A stretch of 36,501 nt of DNA from positions 1 through 36,501 of the IMG/VR virus record IMGVR_UViG_3300036446_000010. One strand, 5' to 3'. Of this stretch, positions 7,727 to 17,944 are shown piece by piece; positions within the stretch are counted from its first letter, which is position 1; each line of letters opens with the position of its first letter. Source of the DNA: a virus (taxonomy: Duplodnaviria; Caudoviricetes). Both the position numbers and the translations under genes were made by a program. The notes under the pieces were generated by a model, which was not told the DNA's origin, ran no database searches, and worked only from the letters and a program-made list of their open reading frames with translations.

Positions 7727-10335
7727 TAGGCCGGCTCCTCAGCTTTCGCAGACAGGGTGAGGACGCGGACGTTCCAGGTGGGATCGTCAGCCGCGAACTC
7801 GAGCTTGAATTGAAAGGCGCGGGCCTTGATGTCGGTGGCGGTGATCCGGAACCACGCGCCCCAGGTCGGAGAGCTCGCAGGGTTGTCGTTCGTAGCCCGG
7901 GCCCAGACCACGGCGTCGATACCACCCCCGGTCGCGCCGTCGATCTCGGTCCAGGTATCGATGTTGCCGGTGCGTGAATCCCAGAGGTCCGACGAGGAGA
8001 AGGAGATCACCTCGCAGACCGTGGTCAGGCGGGCCGTTCGGATCGACCCCAGGTCCAGATAGGTCGAGAACAGGTAGGTCGCAGGGCTGCTCGTGGTCGT
8101 GATGCTCAGCCCGGTCCCGTCGGTAGCGCAGTTCGTCTTGGTGCCCGTGAACGTCGGGCTCTCCGTCAAGCTGGCGATCGAGACGTAGGGCACCGCGGTG
8201 GACTGGTCCGCCGCGACCGTCGCGAAGCCCGTGGACAGCACGCCCGAGGAGTCCCGGAAGCGGACGATGTAGGTGCCTGCCTGGGCCGGCAGGGTTTCGC
8301 TGGTAGCGTCGCCCGGAAGGTCGGCGACCTGCACCGAGTTGGCCCATGCGATAGAGCTCGTCTGCGGCGTGTGGTTGATGAGCACCGAGCCGCCGATCTT
8401 CACGTCGAGGCTGACGGTGCGATCCCATGTGAGCCGGGCGATGCCGCCGATGACCTCGACACGCACGCCCGTAGGATCCGCCGGTGGCGCCGACAGGCCG
8501 GTGATGACCTGCGTCGTCTGCACATAGGCCGACTTGGCCTTCAGAACGTTCACCGAGCGGACCCGGAAATTGTACGTGCCGGCCGCGAGATCAGGCAGCA
8601 CCGACGAGGTTGACGTAGCGTTTGGCAGGTTGAGCCAGGTGGAGGAGCTCGAGAGCTTGTATTGAAGCTCATAGGTGTCGACGAAGCCGTCGGCGGAGGG
8701 ATCCCAGAACAGCGTCGCCCGCGACTTCACGCCGGCCGATCCGGAGGTCTCGTAGAGCTCTTCCAGGACCGAGAGGTTGCTGGGAGCGCCAGGGTTGTTC
8801 CAGTCGGGCAGGTTCGTGGCCGGAGCCGCTTCCAGCAGATCTTCTTCCGTCGCCGTCCATGAGTAGGCCGCGGCCGACGACTCCCGCAGGGTAAGGGTCA
8901 CACCCAGAGCCTGGCTCTGATCCTTGTCGTCGATGGACCATTTCCAGCCGGTGACCTCAAAGGTCTTGTTGTCCCAGCCGTAGCGATCGAGCGTGACGCC
9001 TATGACGTCGCCGACAGCGACCTCATAGGCCAGCATGTTGCAGGGCAGGGTGACCTCGATGGGCTCCCTCGCGCGGTAGAGCTCCATCTTCGCGAGCCTC
9101 TGAGCCGTCGCGTTGTCGACCACGAAGTTGAAGGTGAGATCCCGGTAGACCCGGTCGCCGCCATCCTCAGCCTCGAAGGTCGCCGACGTGATCGCCTTGA
9201 AGTCGGTGGTCTCGTAGCGCGCGTCGACGCTCCGGTACGTGCCCTTCACCGCGTTAAACTGGCTGGCCATCGACTGCCGTGTGGTGATCGACGGCGCGTC
9301 GACGATCATGTCGGCGGTGATCTCGAAGGTGCTCGCCCGCCAGGCCCCGACGAAGAGCCGCATCTGGCCGGAGGTCCAGGCTATACGGCCCTGGCAGGCG
9401 GACAGCATCTCGTCCAGGACGTCGCCCGGGCTGGTGCTTTCGTCGAGCTCGATGATCCCATTGATCGTGTAACGGAAGACCGAGCCGCCGTTGGTGTTGA
9501 CCACCTCGTCGCAGATGTTCGCTTGCGCAATGAAATTCGCATCGTCAATCTCGGCCGTGTCCAGCCCGACGCCGCCGAGCTCCTTCGGACGCAGCAGGTA
9601 GTCGCGGATGATCAGGGCCGCGTTCTGCGTGAAAGCGGTCAGGCCCGAACGCGGATCGTAGACCTTCAGACCCTTAACCAAGGCCGACACGTTCGGCAGG
9701 CCGTCCTTGTAGGTGCCATCCGAGTCCCACTCGAAGGCGCAGAAGAGCGCAGCAACGCCTTGCAGCTTGTGGTCGTCTGTCCAGAGCCCGTCGGTGCGCG
9801 TCGTGAAGAACGAGGGAGGCACGTCAGTGCCGGCGATCCCGGTCTGCCTGTAGGCGCGGCCGAAGCCGGCATACCCGCCGTTCAAAAAGTCGTTGCCAGA
9901 CCACTGCGGCCTGTCGTCGTTGAGATAGATACCCTCGACGTCCTCAACGGGCCCTTCGCATAGCGCGATCGTGAAGTAGAGCCAGCTGTTCGACTGGTGC
10001 GAGGACAGGAAGACGATCGTGCCGCCAAGCCGGGTCTTGCCGTAGACGAGCCGCCGAGGCGATACGCTCTCCTTCTGCGAGATGTTCGTGCCAGGCCGTT
10101 CGATGCCCTGGTTGCCGGGCTTGGGCTTCTTTTTGCCCGAGAGCAGCTGCATGCCAAAGGACAGCGCCACCGACAGGGCGAGCTTCACCGCGAAGCTCAG
10201 AATGGCAGAGCCGCTCAAGGCGCTGCCCAGCGCGGCCCCCAGCGCGATCAGCCCCGAGACGGGATCGGCGTAGGCCGGAGCAGCCGTCAGCAGCGCGGCG
10301 CAGAGCGCCACGACGAACGTCATGTGCTTGCGCAT
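7726..10335 (-). CDS. Tail tip / host-specificity protein (TipJ-like, FN3 domains)
   Basis: RRLVYGKTRLGG, KGLKVYDPR, NAALIIRDYL motifs and an FN3-like YNFRVRSVN. Confidence 0.9.
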   Translation of the reverse strand: MRKHMTFVVALCAALLTAAPAYADPVSGLIALGAALGSALSGSAILSFAVKLALSVALSFGMQLLSGKKKPKPGNQGIERPGTNISQKESVSPRRLVYGKTRLGGTIVFLSSHQSNSWLYFTIALCEGPVEDVEGIYLNDDRPQWSGNDFLNGGYAGFGRAYRQTGIAGTDVPPSFFTTRTDGLWTDDHKLQGVAALFCAFEWDSDGTYKDGLPNVSALVKGLKVYDPRSGLTAFTQNAALIIRDYLLRPKELGGVGLDTAEIDDANFIAQANICDEVVNTNGGSVFRYTINGIIELDESTSPGDVLDEMLSACQGRIAWTSGQMRLFVGAWRASTFEITADMIVDAPSITTRQSMASQFNAVKGTYRSVDARYETTDFKAITSATFEAEDGGDRVYRDLTFNFVVDNATAQRLAKMELYRAREPIEVTLPCNMLAYEVAVGDVIGVTLDRYGWDNKTFEVTGWKWSIDDKDQSQALGVTLTLRESSAAAYSWTATEEDLLEAAPATNLPDWNNPGAPSNLSVLEELYETSGSAGVKSRATLFWDPSADGFVDTYELQYKLSSSSTWLNLPNATSTSSVLPDLAAGTYNFRVRSVNVLKAKSAYVQTTQVITGLSAPPADPTGVRVEVIGGIARLTWDRTVSLDVKIGGSVLINHTPQTSSIAWANSVQVADLPGDATSETLPAQAGTYIVRFRDSSGVLSTGFATVAADQSTAVPYVSIASLTESPTFTGTKTNCATDGTGLSITTTSSPATYLFSTYLDLGSIRTARLTTVCEVISFSSSDLWDSRTGNIDTWTEIDGATGGGIDAVVWARATNDNPASSPTWGAWFRITATDIKARAFQFKLEFAADDPTWNVRVLTLSAKAEEPA

Positions 10336-10337
10336 GA

Positions 10338-10748
10338 TCAGCCTACGGTGAAGGCCATATCGGCATCGAGGACCGGGATCCGCAGGAAGCCCTGCGTCTC
10401 GTCCAGCCCCAGCGCGAACTCGCCGGAGAGATCGACCACGGCGGATGTGAAGTCGCCGAACGTGACGAGGTCGCCCCGCTGAGCGAACGCGACCGGCTTG
10501 GACGGCCCGACCAGGGCAGCGAAGGCCTCCGGCAGGCTCGCGTAACCCGCGGCCGAGAGAGCCGCCAGAGCCCCGATGCGCGTGCTGTACGTGCCGATCA
10601 GGTCGTGCGCCGGGTTCACTCCCGTGATCGCCTCGACCGCCCTGCCAGAGAAGAGCACACAGTCATGCACGCCCCACTCGAACGGCAGGTCGCGGGTCTC
10701 CATCAGGAGATCGCCGAGACGGATGTCCCATCTTTCGAGCCTGGCCAT
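10338..10748 (-). CDS. NlpC/P60-like tail tip protein (DUF6950-like)
   Basis: PFEWGVHDCVLF...AQRGDLV motifs. ATG at 10748 overlaps the upstream stop. Confidence 0.8.
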   Translation of the reverse strand: MARLERWDIRLGDLLMETRDLPFEWGVHDCVLFSGRAVEAITGVNPAHDLIGTYSTRIGALAALSAAGYASLPEAFAALVGPSKPVAFAQRGDLVTFGDFTSAVVDLSGEFALGLDETQGFLRIPVLDADMAFTVG

Positions 10749-11314
10749 CAGTTCCTCGATGTCCACTTGACGTTGCGATCCTGCATCGTCGGTACGAAGT
10801 CGAAGCCCTTGTCGTTCGGGTAGTAGAGCTTCTGGTCCTCCGGCTCGTAGCGCCGGGTGCGCGCCCGCTTCAGGTCGATGAGCCGGCTCTCGACAGCCAG
10901 CGAGACCGAGCACGTAGGGCCCGAGTCTGTGATCGTCATGACGTCAGCGCGGCCGCTGAAGAGGATGTCAGGGTTGGCCACGAGGGCGCCCGTCGATGTG
11001 TCCGTGAGCGCCAGGTAGATGTTCACCACGCGGCCCTGATAACGCTCCGATAGAGCCATGGAGATGATCGCACCGTCGACACCAGACAGCGTGATCTTCG
11101 TGCCGTTGGATTGCGTCTCCAGCGTCTCCTCGACCGGCTCGAAACCGATCACGCCGGCGCCACCTGTCCATGTGAAGCCGTTCCAGGAGAGATCTCCGAT
11201 CCCGGTCCAGAGCCGCAGGGCGCCGGTATCGAAGAGGCCCTCGAAAAGAGCAAGCGGCTCCAGGGTCTTCGCCTTGGCGGCATTCTTGAACGCTGTCGTT
11301 ACCGCACGCGGCAT
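10748..11314 (-). CDS. Minor tail (hub/baseplate) protein
   Basis: LRLWTGIGDL and DQKLYYPNDKGFDFV motifs, plus position in the tail tip module. Confidence 0.8.
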   Translation of the reverse strand: MPRAVTTAFKNAAKAKTLEPLALFEGLFDTGALRLWTGIGDLSWNGFTWTGGAGVIGFEPVEETLETQSNGTKITLSGVDGAIISMALSERYQGRVVNIYLALTDTSTGALVANPDILFSGRADVMTITDSGPTCSVSLAVESRLIDLKRARTRRYEPEDQKLYYPNDKGFDFVPTMQDRNVKWTSRN

Positions 11315-11940
11315 CAGAGCGGCTCCACGCACTGGATGTTGAGACTGTCGTAGACAAAGCCCGGCGAGATCGATGGACCGATCGCGTTCATGCCCAGGCG
11401 CCAGACGCCCTTGGGCTGGTTCGTCACCACCGACGCGCCCGACGAGGCGTTCGCCCGCAGCGCCGGCTCGATCGACACCGTGCCCGCACCACCTGAGTTC
11501 GACGTGATGTCCTCGGTGAGGATGTAGAGGCGGGAGTCGACTCCGGTTCCGATCTGGATGAAGTCGCCTCGCAGGAGGGTCTTGGTGTTGCCCATGCCCG
11601 CCAGCGTCAGCGTCCTGGCGCCCTTGGTAGCGCTGGCCCCCAGGGTGACGCCCGACAGGCTCACCGTGCCACGCGGGACAAGCGCGTGTAACGGGCTCAT
11701 GAGGAAGGTGCCGTACTGCCCGCGCAGGGAGGCGATAAAGCCCTCCACCACGCCGCCCTTGTCCCGAAGCGACGGCGCGATGTCCATGTCGACTTCCCAG
11801 CGCTGGCCGGGCCAGAGGAAGCGCTGTTCCGCGAAGGTGAAGATCGATGGCGACACCGCCGCATTGGTGTTGAGCCGCGGCGAGAAGCGCTGCGCCCGCG
11901 CGAACTCGGCCGGCGCCGTCAGAGGATAGACGATTGCCAT
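11314..11940 (-). CDS. Distal tail protein
   Basis: SPSIFTFAEQ..GQRW, FIASLRG and IEPALR motifs; immediately after the TMP. Confidence 0.75.
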   Translation of the reverse strand: MAIVYPLTAPAEFARAQRFSPRLNTNAAVSPSIFTFAEQRFLWPGQRWEVDMDIAPSLRDKGGVVEGFIASLRGQYGTFLMSPLHALVPRGTVSLSGVTLGASATKGARTLTLAGMGNTKTLLRGDFIQIGTGVDSRLYILTEDITSNSGGAGTVSIEPALRANASSGASVVTNQPKGVWRLGMNAIGPSISPGFVYDSLNIQCVEPL

Positions 11941-11943
11941 GGG

Positions 11944-14900
11944 TCAGAGCTTCCTGCGGACGGTGGCCTCTGCCACGGCCTGGACCGCGACCTGCTTCAT
12001 GGTCGGCAGCATCTTGGCGATGTTCGCCGCGTCGCTGCCGGCCTGGAAGGTGTTCTGCTGGACGACGGTCACACCGCCTCCGCCGCCGGCTGAATCCGAC
12101 AGCCCGCTGATCATGTTGATCTGCTGGGCCCTTTGCTTGCGCGACAGCACCTCCTCGCCGCGCTGGAGAACAGCGGCCATCTCGTCAGACCGCAGACCGG
12201 AGTGGAACCGCGGCGCGCTCGAGATCAAAGCGCTCGACATCCGGATCGGCCGGCCCCCTGAGCCCACCGTGCCGCCCTCGTGGAAGAGCCCGCCCACGTT
12301 GCCCGTGAAAGGCACCGTTGCGCCGCCACCGCCGGTGAAGAGCCCGAAGATGCCGCCGCCACCACCGCCCACGAGGCCGGAGAAGAAGTTCGTCAGCTGC
12401 TGCTTCAGAGGCTGCACGAGCAGCTGCTGGACAGCGATCCGGAGGAGATCCTTCAGCAGGTTCTTGAACGCATCCTTGATCGAGGCCGAGCCGGTCGCGA
12501 CGCTCTCGACGAAGTTGCCGAAGGCGTCCGCCGTCTGGTTGATCCACTCGTTCTGCTTGAACGAGGTCACGTAGTCGCCATAGGCAGTCGCGGCCTGCTC
12601 GGCCGAGATCTTGCCCTCCTGGACAGCGATGTTGAGGATGCGCTGCTGCTGCGCAAACCGCGGCGCAAGCTGCTCCAGGGTGCCGTACTTGGTGATGATG
12701 CCGTCATAGGCCTTGGCGGCTGCCTCGAGCTCCAGGGCGTTGCGAACCTTCAGCGCCTCGTCGGGCAGCTGGCCACCGTTCTGGATCGCCTCGCGGGTGC
12801 GCTTGATCAGGTCCGGAGCCGCCTTCAGGCTCTCCAGCTTCTCCAGCACGTCCTTGTCCTGCTGGTCGAAGAACGCGCCCTGCGCGGACTCGATAAAGCG
12901 GCCGAGTGCGTCGTTGAACTTCTGGGCGGTGTTGCCACCCTTGCCGCCTCCGCCGCCCTTCCGGCGGCCACCACCCCCGCCTGCCTTGATCGACTGCTCG
13001 AGGCCGGCGAGCTCTTGCGCGACCGAGAGGTCGATGAGCCCGCCCGTCTTGTCCTGGAGTTCAATCGCACGCTTCTTGGCCGACAGCGCACTCTGCGTCT
13101 TGGTCTTCTTGCCAGTGATCTCCGAGCGCAGCTGGTCGGCAACCTGCTTTTGGACGATGTCAGGCGTGAAGTTCTCAGGCACACCGACCATGTCCTGGAT
13201 CTTCTTCTCGACGTCCGCCGAGCCAGCAGCACCCAGGGCAGCGTTAAGCGCGTTCACTTGGCCGCGCGCGGTCAGAGCCGCCTTGGCCAGCGCCAGCATC
13301 TCGCTGATAGGACCAGCGAGGCTCGGGTTGGCCGAGCCCAGCGCGATCAGCGACTGTATGAGAGACTGAAGCTCATCGTCGCTCGCTGTGCCCTGCTTCG
13401 CCAGCTGGTCGACCTGGTCGATGATGGCCTGGATTGCCGGCTGCACGTCCGCGCTGGCACCCGCGAAGGCGTTGCGCAGCTGCTCGCCGAGGTTCGCCAG
13501 GGTCACGCCGGCCGACTCGTTGAGACGCGAGATCAGCATCTCGGTCTCGGCGATCGACTGCGTCAGCCCAGGCGAGATCCCGCCCGCACCAGCCGACTGG
13601 AGCGCCTGGATCGCGGTCGTCGTCACGTCGATCGCGTCGGCGAGATCGAGGTACTGTTTCGACTGCGCAGCAATGATCTGCCGTGCGGCGTTCTCCGCCT
13701 CGCCCATCGTCGTCGAGCCGCCGCCCTCGTTCACGGCGTCGAATATCTTCTGGGTGAGATCCTTGACCTTCTGCGCGGTCTGGTTGGCCTCGGCCTCCGC
13801 CACCTGGCGCTGGAGCATGCCGCGGCCGCGGAGCTCCCGGATCGTCGGGTCGTTCTGCCCGAGATCCTTGAAGTTGACGTCGGAACCCGTGTTGAGGTTC
13901 TTCAGCGCGTCCTGCATGAAGCGCTCGGACGCGGCGTTGCGCAGGTCTCTCGGATCCTGGATCGTGCGTCCGATGGCGACCCGGAGATCGTCGAGCGCCG
14001 GCTTCGCATCGAACAGCTGCTGGATGAAGCCGCGCAAGTCCGCGGTCTTCTGGGCGAAGCCGGGATCCGCGGCCGCCATCCGGTCCAGCGAGTCCGCCAG
14101 CTTCCGGAGTTTCTCGTCGGCAACGATCGACCCATCCTTCAGGACGGTGAGGTTGTCGATGAGGCCCCGCATCTCCGCCGCCCGGCCATCGACGAGGCGC
14201 GCCGAACGGCTGCCGGCTCCGGTGCCAAAGCCCGCGATGACGCCGTTGAGCTCCGAGCGAATGTTCGTAGCGAGCCCAGAGCGGGCTTCCGACAGGCGCT
14301 TCACGAACGCCGCGGACTGTGCCTCGCCGGCACGACCGAGACCGCCACCCGCCAGCGCCTGCTCGATCCGCTTGATCTCCAGCGGCACCTGCTCGAGCGT
14401 CTTCTTGAAGTCCTCGGTGCGCTGCTTCGCCCGCAGCTGCATGACCTCGAAGATGCCCAGCGCGGCGCCGGCGGCCGTGAACGCGACGCCCCACGGTCCA
14501 CCGAGAAAGCCCACCAGGCTCGACGTCGCCGTCATCAGCCCGCGCGCGGCCACACCGAGAGCGATCATGCCCGGACGTGCTGCGTTGCGGGCGACGCTGG
14601 CGGCGTTCTGGGCGATCGACTCCCTGTTGAGCGCGTCGGCATAGGCCGTCGACGACCGGGCCTCCTCGTCCTTGAACTTCGCGACCTGCTGGCTGGCCGA
14701 GACCGGGATCTGCGTATCAATCTGCTTCAGCTGCCCGGACGCCGTGTCTGCATTGGCCTGGGCCTTCACGCGAGCGACGCGCGCAGCAAGAGCCTCGCTC
14801 TCCAGCTTGGCGACCTGCTGCTGGCGCTGCTGCGCCGACTTGACCACGGACTCGTTGACGGTCGTCTCGGCCCGGGCCAGGCGCTCTGTGGCAGCGACCG

Positions 14901-16746
14901 TCTTCTCCCGGGCTGCCTGTTCGGCCGCAGCCGCGCGCGCCACCGTGATGGAGGCCTTCTCCTTCTCGCTGGCCTGACGAGACAGGATCCCAGCCTCCGC
15001 GTCCGCCGTGGCTTTCTCGGCCTGGAGCAGCTTGTTGCCAGCCAGGATCCGCTCGTTCACCAGCTGCTGGGATCGCTGCTTCTCTTCAGCGATGCGTGCC
15101 GACAGAGCCTGCCCACCCTCGAAGTCCTTCTTCGACCGGGCGATGGTCTGGGCTCGCTCCAGCGCGGCGATGTTCGAGCGATTGAGAACCTCGGCCGCCT
15201 TGGCGTCCTCGAGCGCGTTCTTGGCGTCCACCTCGACGGCGAGCGCCTTGTAGAACTTCGCAAGCTCCGTGCGGCGGACGCCACCACCAGCGGATTCGAG
15301 GGCCTGCTCCGCAGCAAGCCGCCGCTCCGTGGCAGCGCGCATGTCCTCCTGCGCCTTGACCAGCGCCTGCTCCGCCGCCGAGCGCTGCTTCACGGCAGCG
15401 GTCGATGCGGTGGCCGACACGTTCTGCGCGTCGTTGAGCTTCAGGAGTGCGGCGGCTTCCTTGTCGACGGCGTTCGACAGCTTCTGCGAGGTCTCGTCGA
15501 CGACGCGGGCGGCTGCCTGGCGCGCGGCCTGAAGCTGCTTCGATGCCTGGAGGAGACGCGGCTGCGCCTCAAACTCCTTGCGGGCCTCCGAAGCGATAAT
15601 CGAGTTCTCGCGGGCCTGCGCAGCCTGCTCCCGGGCAACCGTCAACTGATCTTGGGCCGCCTTCGCCGCTTCCTTGCGAGCGTTGATCTCCTCCCGGATC
15701 CCGGCGGCGATCTTGCCCTGCCCGCCACCCACCAGACCGCCGAGACCACGACCGAGGAAGCCGCCACCGATTGCCGCCGCGGCGAACAGAGCGGCGTTGC
15801 CGACCTGGTCGAAGTTGTCGGCCAACGCGATCAGCCCATTGGCGATCGCGGCCGTCGTACCCGTCGACTGGTCCAGCCGACCGACGAAGAACGTGATGGC
15901 GTTGTTGAGCGCCTGGAAGCCGTCATTGACGCGCGGCGTGGTACGCCCGAACGCGGCGTCGATGTCATCGGCGCCCTTGATGATCGCCTTGATGACACGA
16001 TCGGAGGTCAGCAGACCCTCAGAACCGAGCCCTTTGAGCTCGCCACGGGCCACGCCGAACTCCTTGGCGATGAGGCTCGCCAGAGGGATGTTGTTCTCGA
16101 GGATGGAGCGAAGCTCGTCGCCCTGGAGGCGACCCGACCCAAGCGCCTGGGCCAGCTGGAGAGCAGAGGACTGTGCCTCTTGGGTGGACGCTCCGCCCAC
16201 CACAAACGACTTCTGCACGGTCTCGATCAGGCGCAGCAGCGATGCGCTGTCCTTCGCAAGGGCCGGCGAAGTGGCCTTGATGCGCCCGTAGAGTGCGAAG
16301 GTCGACTCGAGGGTCGAACGGCTCCGCTGGGCGATCTGGAAGAGATCCTGCTGGGCCTTGGCCTGGTCGGCCGTGCCCTCCGTCACCGCCTTCACGCGGT
16401 TCGTCAGGTTCGTGTAGGTGTCGGCGTAGTCCTTCAGCGTCCGGGCCGCCGCGGTCCCGAGGAAGCCGCCACCCAGAGCCGCGCCGACCGCGAAGGCCGT
16501 CAACTCCAGCCTCTTCAGAGAGCTTTCCGTGCGCAGCGCCGAGATGGCGAGGGCACGGAAGCCGTCCAGCTGGAAGTTGCCGGCCTTGCGGCCCAACTCC
16601 TCGGCGGACTTCGCGGCCCCGCCGAGGGCCTTCGTCATACGCTGCGACTGCTGCTCGACGAGGGAGGCGTTGTTGCGGAGCGACGATTGGAAGCGACTGG
16701 TGTCATCTTCCAAATACACAGTGAGGCCGCCGACAACAGTTGCCAT
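11944..16746 (-). CDS. Tail tape measure protein
   Basis: 1600 aa, Ala-rich and helical, with the tape-measure motif QLAQALGSGRLQGDELRSILEN and C-terminal FHEGG..APRFHSG..VLQRGEEVL. Confidence 0.95.
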   Translation of the reverse strand: MATVVGGLTVYLEDDTSRFQSSLRNNASLVEQQSQRMTKALGGAAKSAEELGRKAGNFQLDGFRALAISALRTESSLKRLELTAFAVGAALGGGFLGTAAARTLKDYADTYTNLTNRVKAVTEGTADQAKAQQDLFQIAQRSRSTLESTFALYGRIKATSPALAKDSASLLRLIETVQKSFVVGGASTQEAQSSALQLAQALGSGRLQGDELRSILENNIPLASLIAKEFGVARGELKGLGSEGLLTSDRVIKAIIKGADDIDAAFGRTTPRVNDGFQALNNAITFFVGRLDQSTGTTAAIANGLIALADNFDQVGNAALFAAAAIGGGFLGRGLGGLVGGGQGKIAAGIREEINARKEAAKAAQDQLTVAREQAAQARENSIIASEARKEFEAQPRLLQASKQLQAARQAAARVVDETSQKLSNAVDKEAAALLKLNDAQNVSATASTAAVKQRSAAEQALVKAQEDMRAATERRLAAEQALESAGGGVRRTELAKFYKALAVEVDAKNALEDAKAAEVLNRSNIAALERAQTIARSKKDFEGGQALSARIAEEKQRSQQLVNERILAGNKLLQAEKATADAEAGILSRQASEKEKASITVARAAAAEQAAREKTVAATERLARAETTVNESVVKSAQQRQQQVAKLESEALAARVARVKAQANADTASGQLKQIDTQIPVSASQQVAKFKDEEARSSTAYADALNRESIAQNAASVARNAARPGMIALGVAARGLMTATSSLVGFLGGPWGVAFTAAGAALGIFEVMQLRAKQRTEDFKKTLEQVPLEIKRIEQALAGGGLGRAGEAQSAAFVKRLSEARSGLATNIRSELNGVIAGFGTGAGSRSARLVDGRAAEMRGLIDNLTVLKDGSIVADEKLRKLADSLDRMAAADPGFAQKTADLRGFIQQLFDAKPALDDLRVAIGRTIQDPRDLRNAASERFMQDALKNLNTGSDVNFKDLGQNDPTIRELRGRGMLQRQVAEAEANQTAQKVKDLTQKIFDAVNEGGGSTTMGEAENAARQIIAAQSKQYLDLADAIDVTTTAIQALQSAGAGGISPGLTQSIAETEMLISRLNESAGVTLANLGEQLRNAFAGASADVQPAIQAIIDQVDQLAKQGTASDDELQSLIQSLIALGSANPSLAGPISEMLALAKAALTARGQVNALNAALGAAGSADVEKKIQDMVGVPENFTPDIVQKQVADQLRSEITGKKTKTQSALSAKKRAIELQDKTGGLIDLSVAQELAGLEQSIKAGGGGGRRKGGGGGKGGNTAQKFNDALGRFIESAQGAFFDQQDKDVLEKLESLKAAPDLIKRTREAIQNGGQLPDEALKVRNALELEAAAKAYDGIITKYGTLEQLAPRFAQQQRILNIAVQEGKISAEQAATAYGDYVTSFKQNEWINQTADAFGNFVESVATGSASIKDAFKNLLKDLLRIAVQQLLVQPLKQQLTNFFSGLVGGGGGGIFGLFTGGGGATVPFTGNVGGLFHEGGTVGSGGRPIRMSSALISSAPRFHSGLRSDEMAAVLQRGEEVLSRKQRAQQINMISGLSDSAGGGGGVTVVQQNTFQAGSDAANIAKMLPTMKQVAVQAVAEATVRRKL

Positions 16747-16747
16747 G

Positions 16748-17077
16748 TCAGCCTCTCTCCACTACCGCGCCGCCACGTTGGAAGACCGACACGAGGCCGG
16801 CGATACTCTGGACACGTTGCACCGGCCGGGCTGCGGCCTTGCGCGCGTCCTTCTCCTTCAGCAGCTTCGACAGCTGCTTCGGGTCGTTGAAACCGCATCC
16901 GATGAGGTTGGCCGCGACCAGACGCTCATCATCGCGATAGTCAAAGATCTCTTCAGCAAACCGGGCGATCTCTGCGGGAGTGAGCCCCCACATCTCGTCC
17001 GGCTTCAGGCCGGCTCGGTATCCAGCCCGGAGGAGTCGGTCGAACTCGTCTCGTCCATCTCCGGGCTCGCCAGAGGG
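16748..17077 (-). CDS. Tail assembly chaperone gpT part (reached by -1 frameshift)
   Basis: The -1 frame is open across the end of gpG and reads ..FDRLLRAGYRAGLKPDEMWGLTPAEI.., a typical gpT motif. The ORF track shows only 16748..16993. Confidence 0.7.
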   Translation of the reverse strand, partial: PSGEPGDGRDEFDRLLRAGYRAGLKPDEMWGLTPAEIARFAEEIFDYRDDERLVAANLIGCGFNDPKQLSKLLKEKDARKAAARPVQRVQSIAGLVSVFQRGGAVVERG

Positions 17078-17487
17078 TCCGCGTTCTCGGCCGCCTCCTC
17101 GGCAGCCTTGCGCATGTCCTCGGCCAACTGTGACGCGGACTTGCCCCAGCGCGCCAGGAACAGCGCGTCGAGGAGCTCCGCCTCAGCCGCTTGCAGCGGG
17201 AATGGGAGGTCTTCCCAATCGAGCTCCAGCGGCGTCTTGCCGTCGGCCTGCTTCAGCCCGATCCGCAAGCAGTCGGTGACGACCGCAGGATCCTGGCTTT
17301 CGACGCCGACGATGATGACCTGCCAGAAGAAGTCGATCCTCCGGCCGCGGTCGTCGTACTTCGGAGGCTCGTTGAGCGGAGCCCCGTACTTGCCGCGCAG
17401 CCGGACCAGATCGCCCGTCCGGAAACGCAGAACAGCGCCCTCCCCCGCGAGGGGGAAGGGCACCTCGTTCGCCATGGGATTGTGCAT
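17005..17487 (-). CDS. Tail assembly chaperone gpG
   Basis: Lies between the major tail gene and the TMP; acidic tail. Confidence 0.75.
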   Translation of the reverse strand: MHNPMANEVPFPLAGEGAVLRFRTGDLVRLRGKYGAPLNEPPKYDDRGRRIDFFWQVIIVGVESQDPAVVTDCLRIGLKQADGKTPLELDWEDLPFPLQAAEAELLDALFLARWGKSASQLAEDMRKAAEEAAENADPLASPEMDETSSTDSSGLDTEPA

Positions 17488-17494
17488 GGCTGGA

Positions 17495-17917
17495 TCAGAC
17501 CACCGTGATGGAGCCGGTCACCTTGAACCGGATCTTCATCCGCTTCGTCTGCTCGAGCTCGAAGGGCCCGTAAGTGTGGGCCTTCACGAACGCCTGGAAC
17601 TGGAGGTACTTCGTCTCGTTCACAGGCCGCAGACGGAAGTTGCGGGTGATGCCGTTGTTGAAGAGATACGTCAGACCCGTCAGATGATCGTGGGTCGCGT
17701 TCTCCAGCAGCATGTGGCACTCGATGTCGAACTCCGGCGGCACCGTCAGACCAGCGACATACTCGCGCGAGGTCGAAGACAGGTTCGTCGCGTCGACCTC
17801 CGGACGCTCACGGGTGAGCTCGCCGATCGACACGATCTCCGCGATCGCGGTGTAGGTGCCGAGACCATCATCCATCTGGAGGAGGGTGCCGGCGCCAATG
17901 GACTTCACACTTGCCAT
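17495..17917 (-). CDS. Major tail tube protein
   Basis: GAGTLLQ..AIAEIVSI..VDATNLSSTSREYVAGL..FKVTG. Confidence 0.88.
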   Translation of the reverse strand: MASVKSIGAGTLLQMDDGLGTYTAIAEIVSIGELTRERPEVDATNLSSTSREYVAGLTVPPEFDIECHMLLENATHDHLTGLTYLFNNGITRNFRLRPVNETKYLQFQAFVKAHTYGPFELEQTKRMKIRFKVTGSITVV

Positions 17918-17944
17918 GATGGTTCTCCTAAGCCTTGGGCAGCG

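Noticed and set aside
6326-10335. Diversity-generating retroelement or invertible fibre cassette
   Set aside because: No reverse transcriptase, invertase or TR/VR-like duplicated segment is visible in the window.
12280-16890. 1536-aa plus-strand ORF (and similar long ORFs at 19384, 21139, 22952, 25081)
   Set aside because: Antisense shadows of well-supported minus-strand phage genes; expected from high-GC codon bias and lacking motifs.
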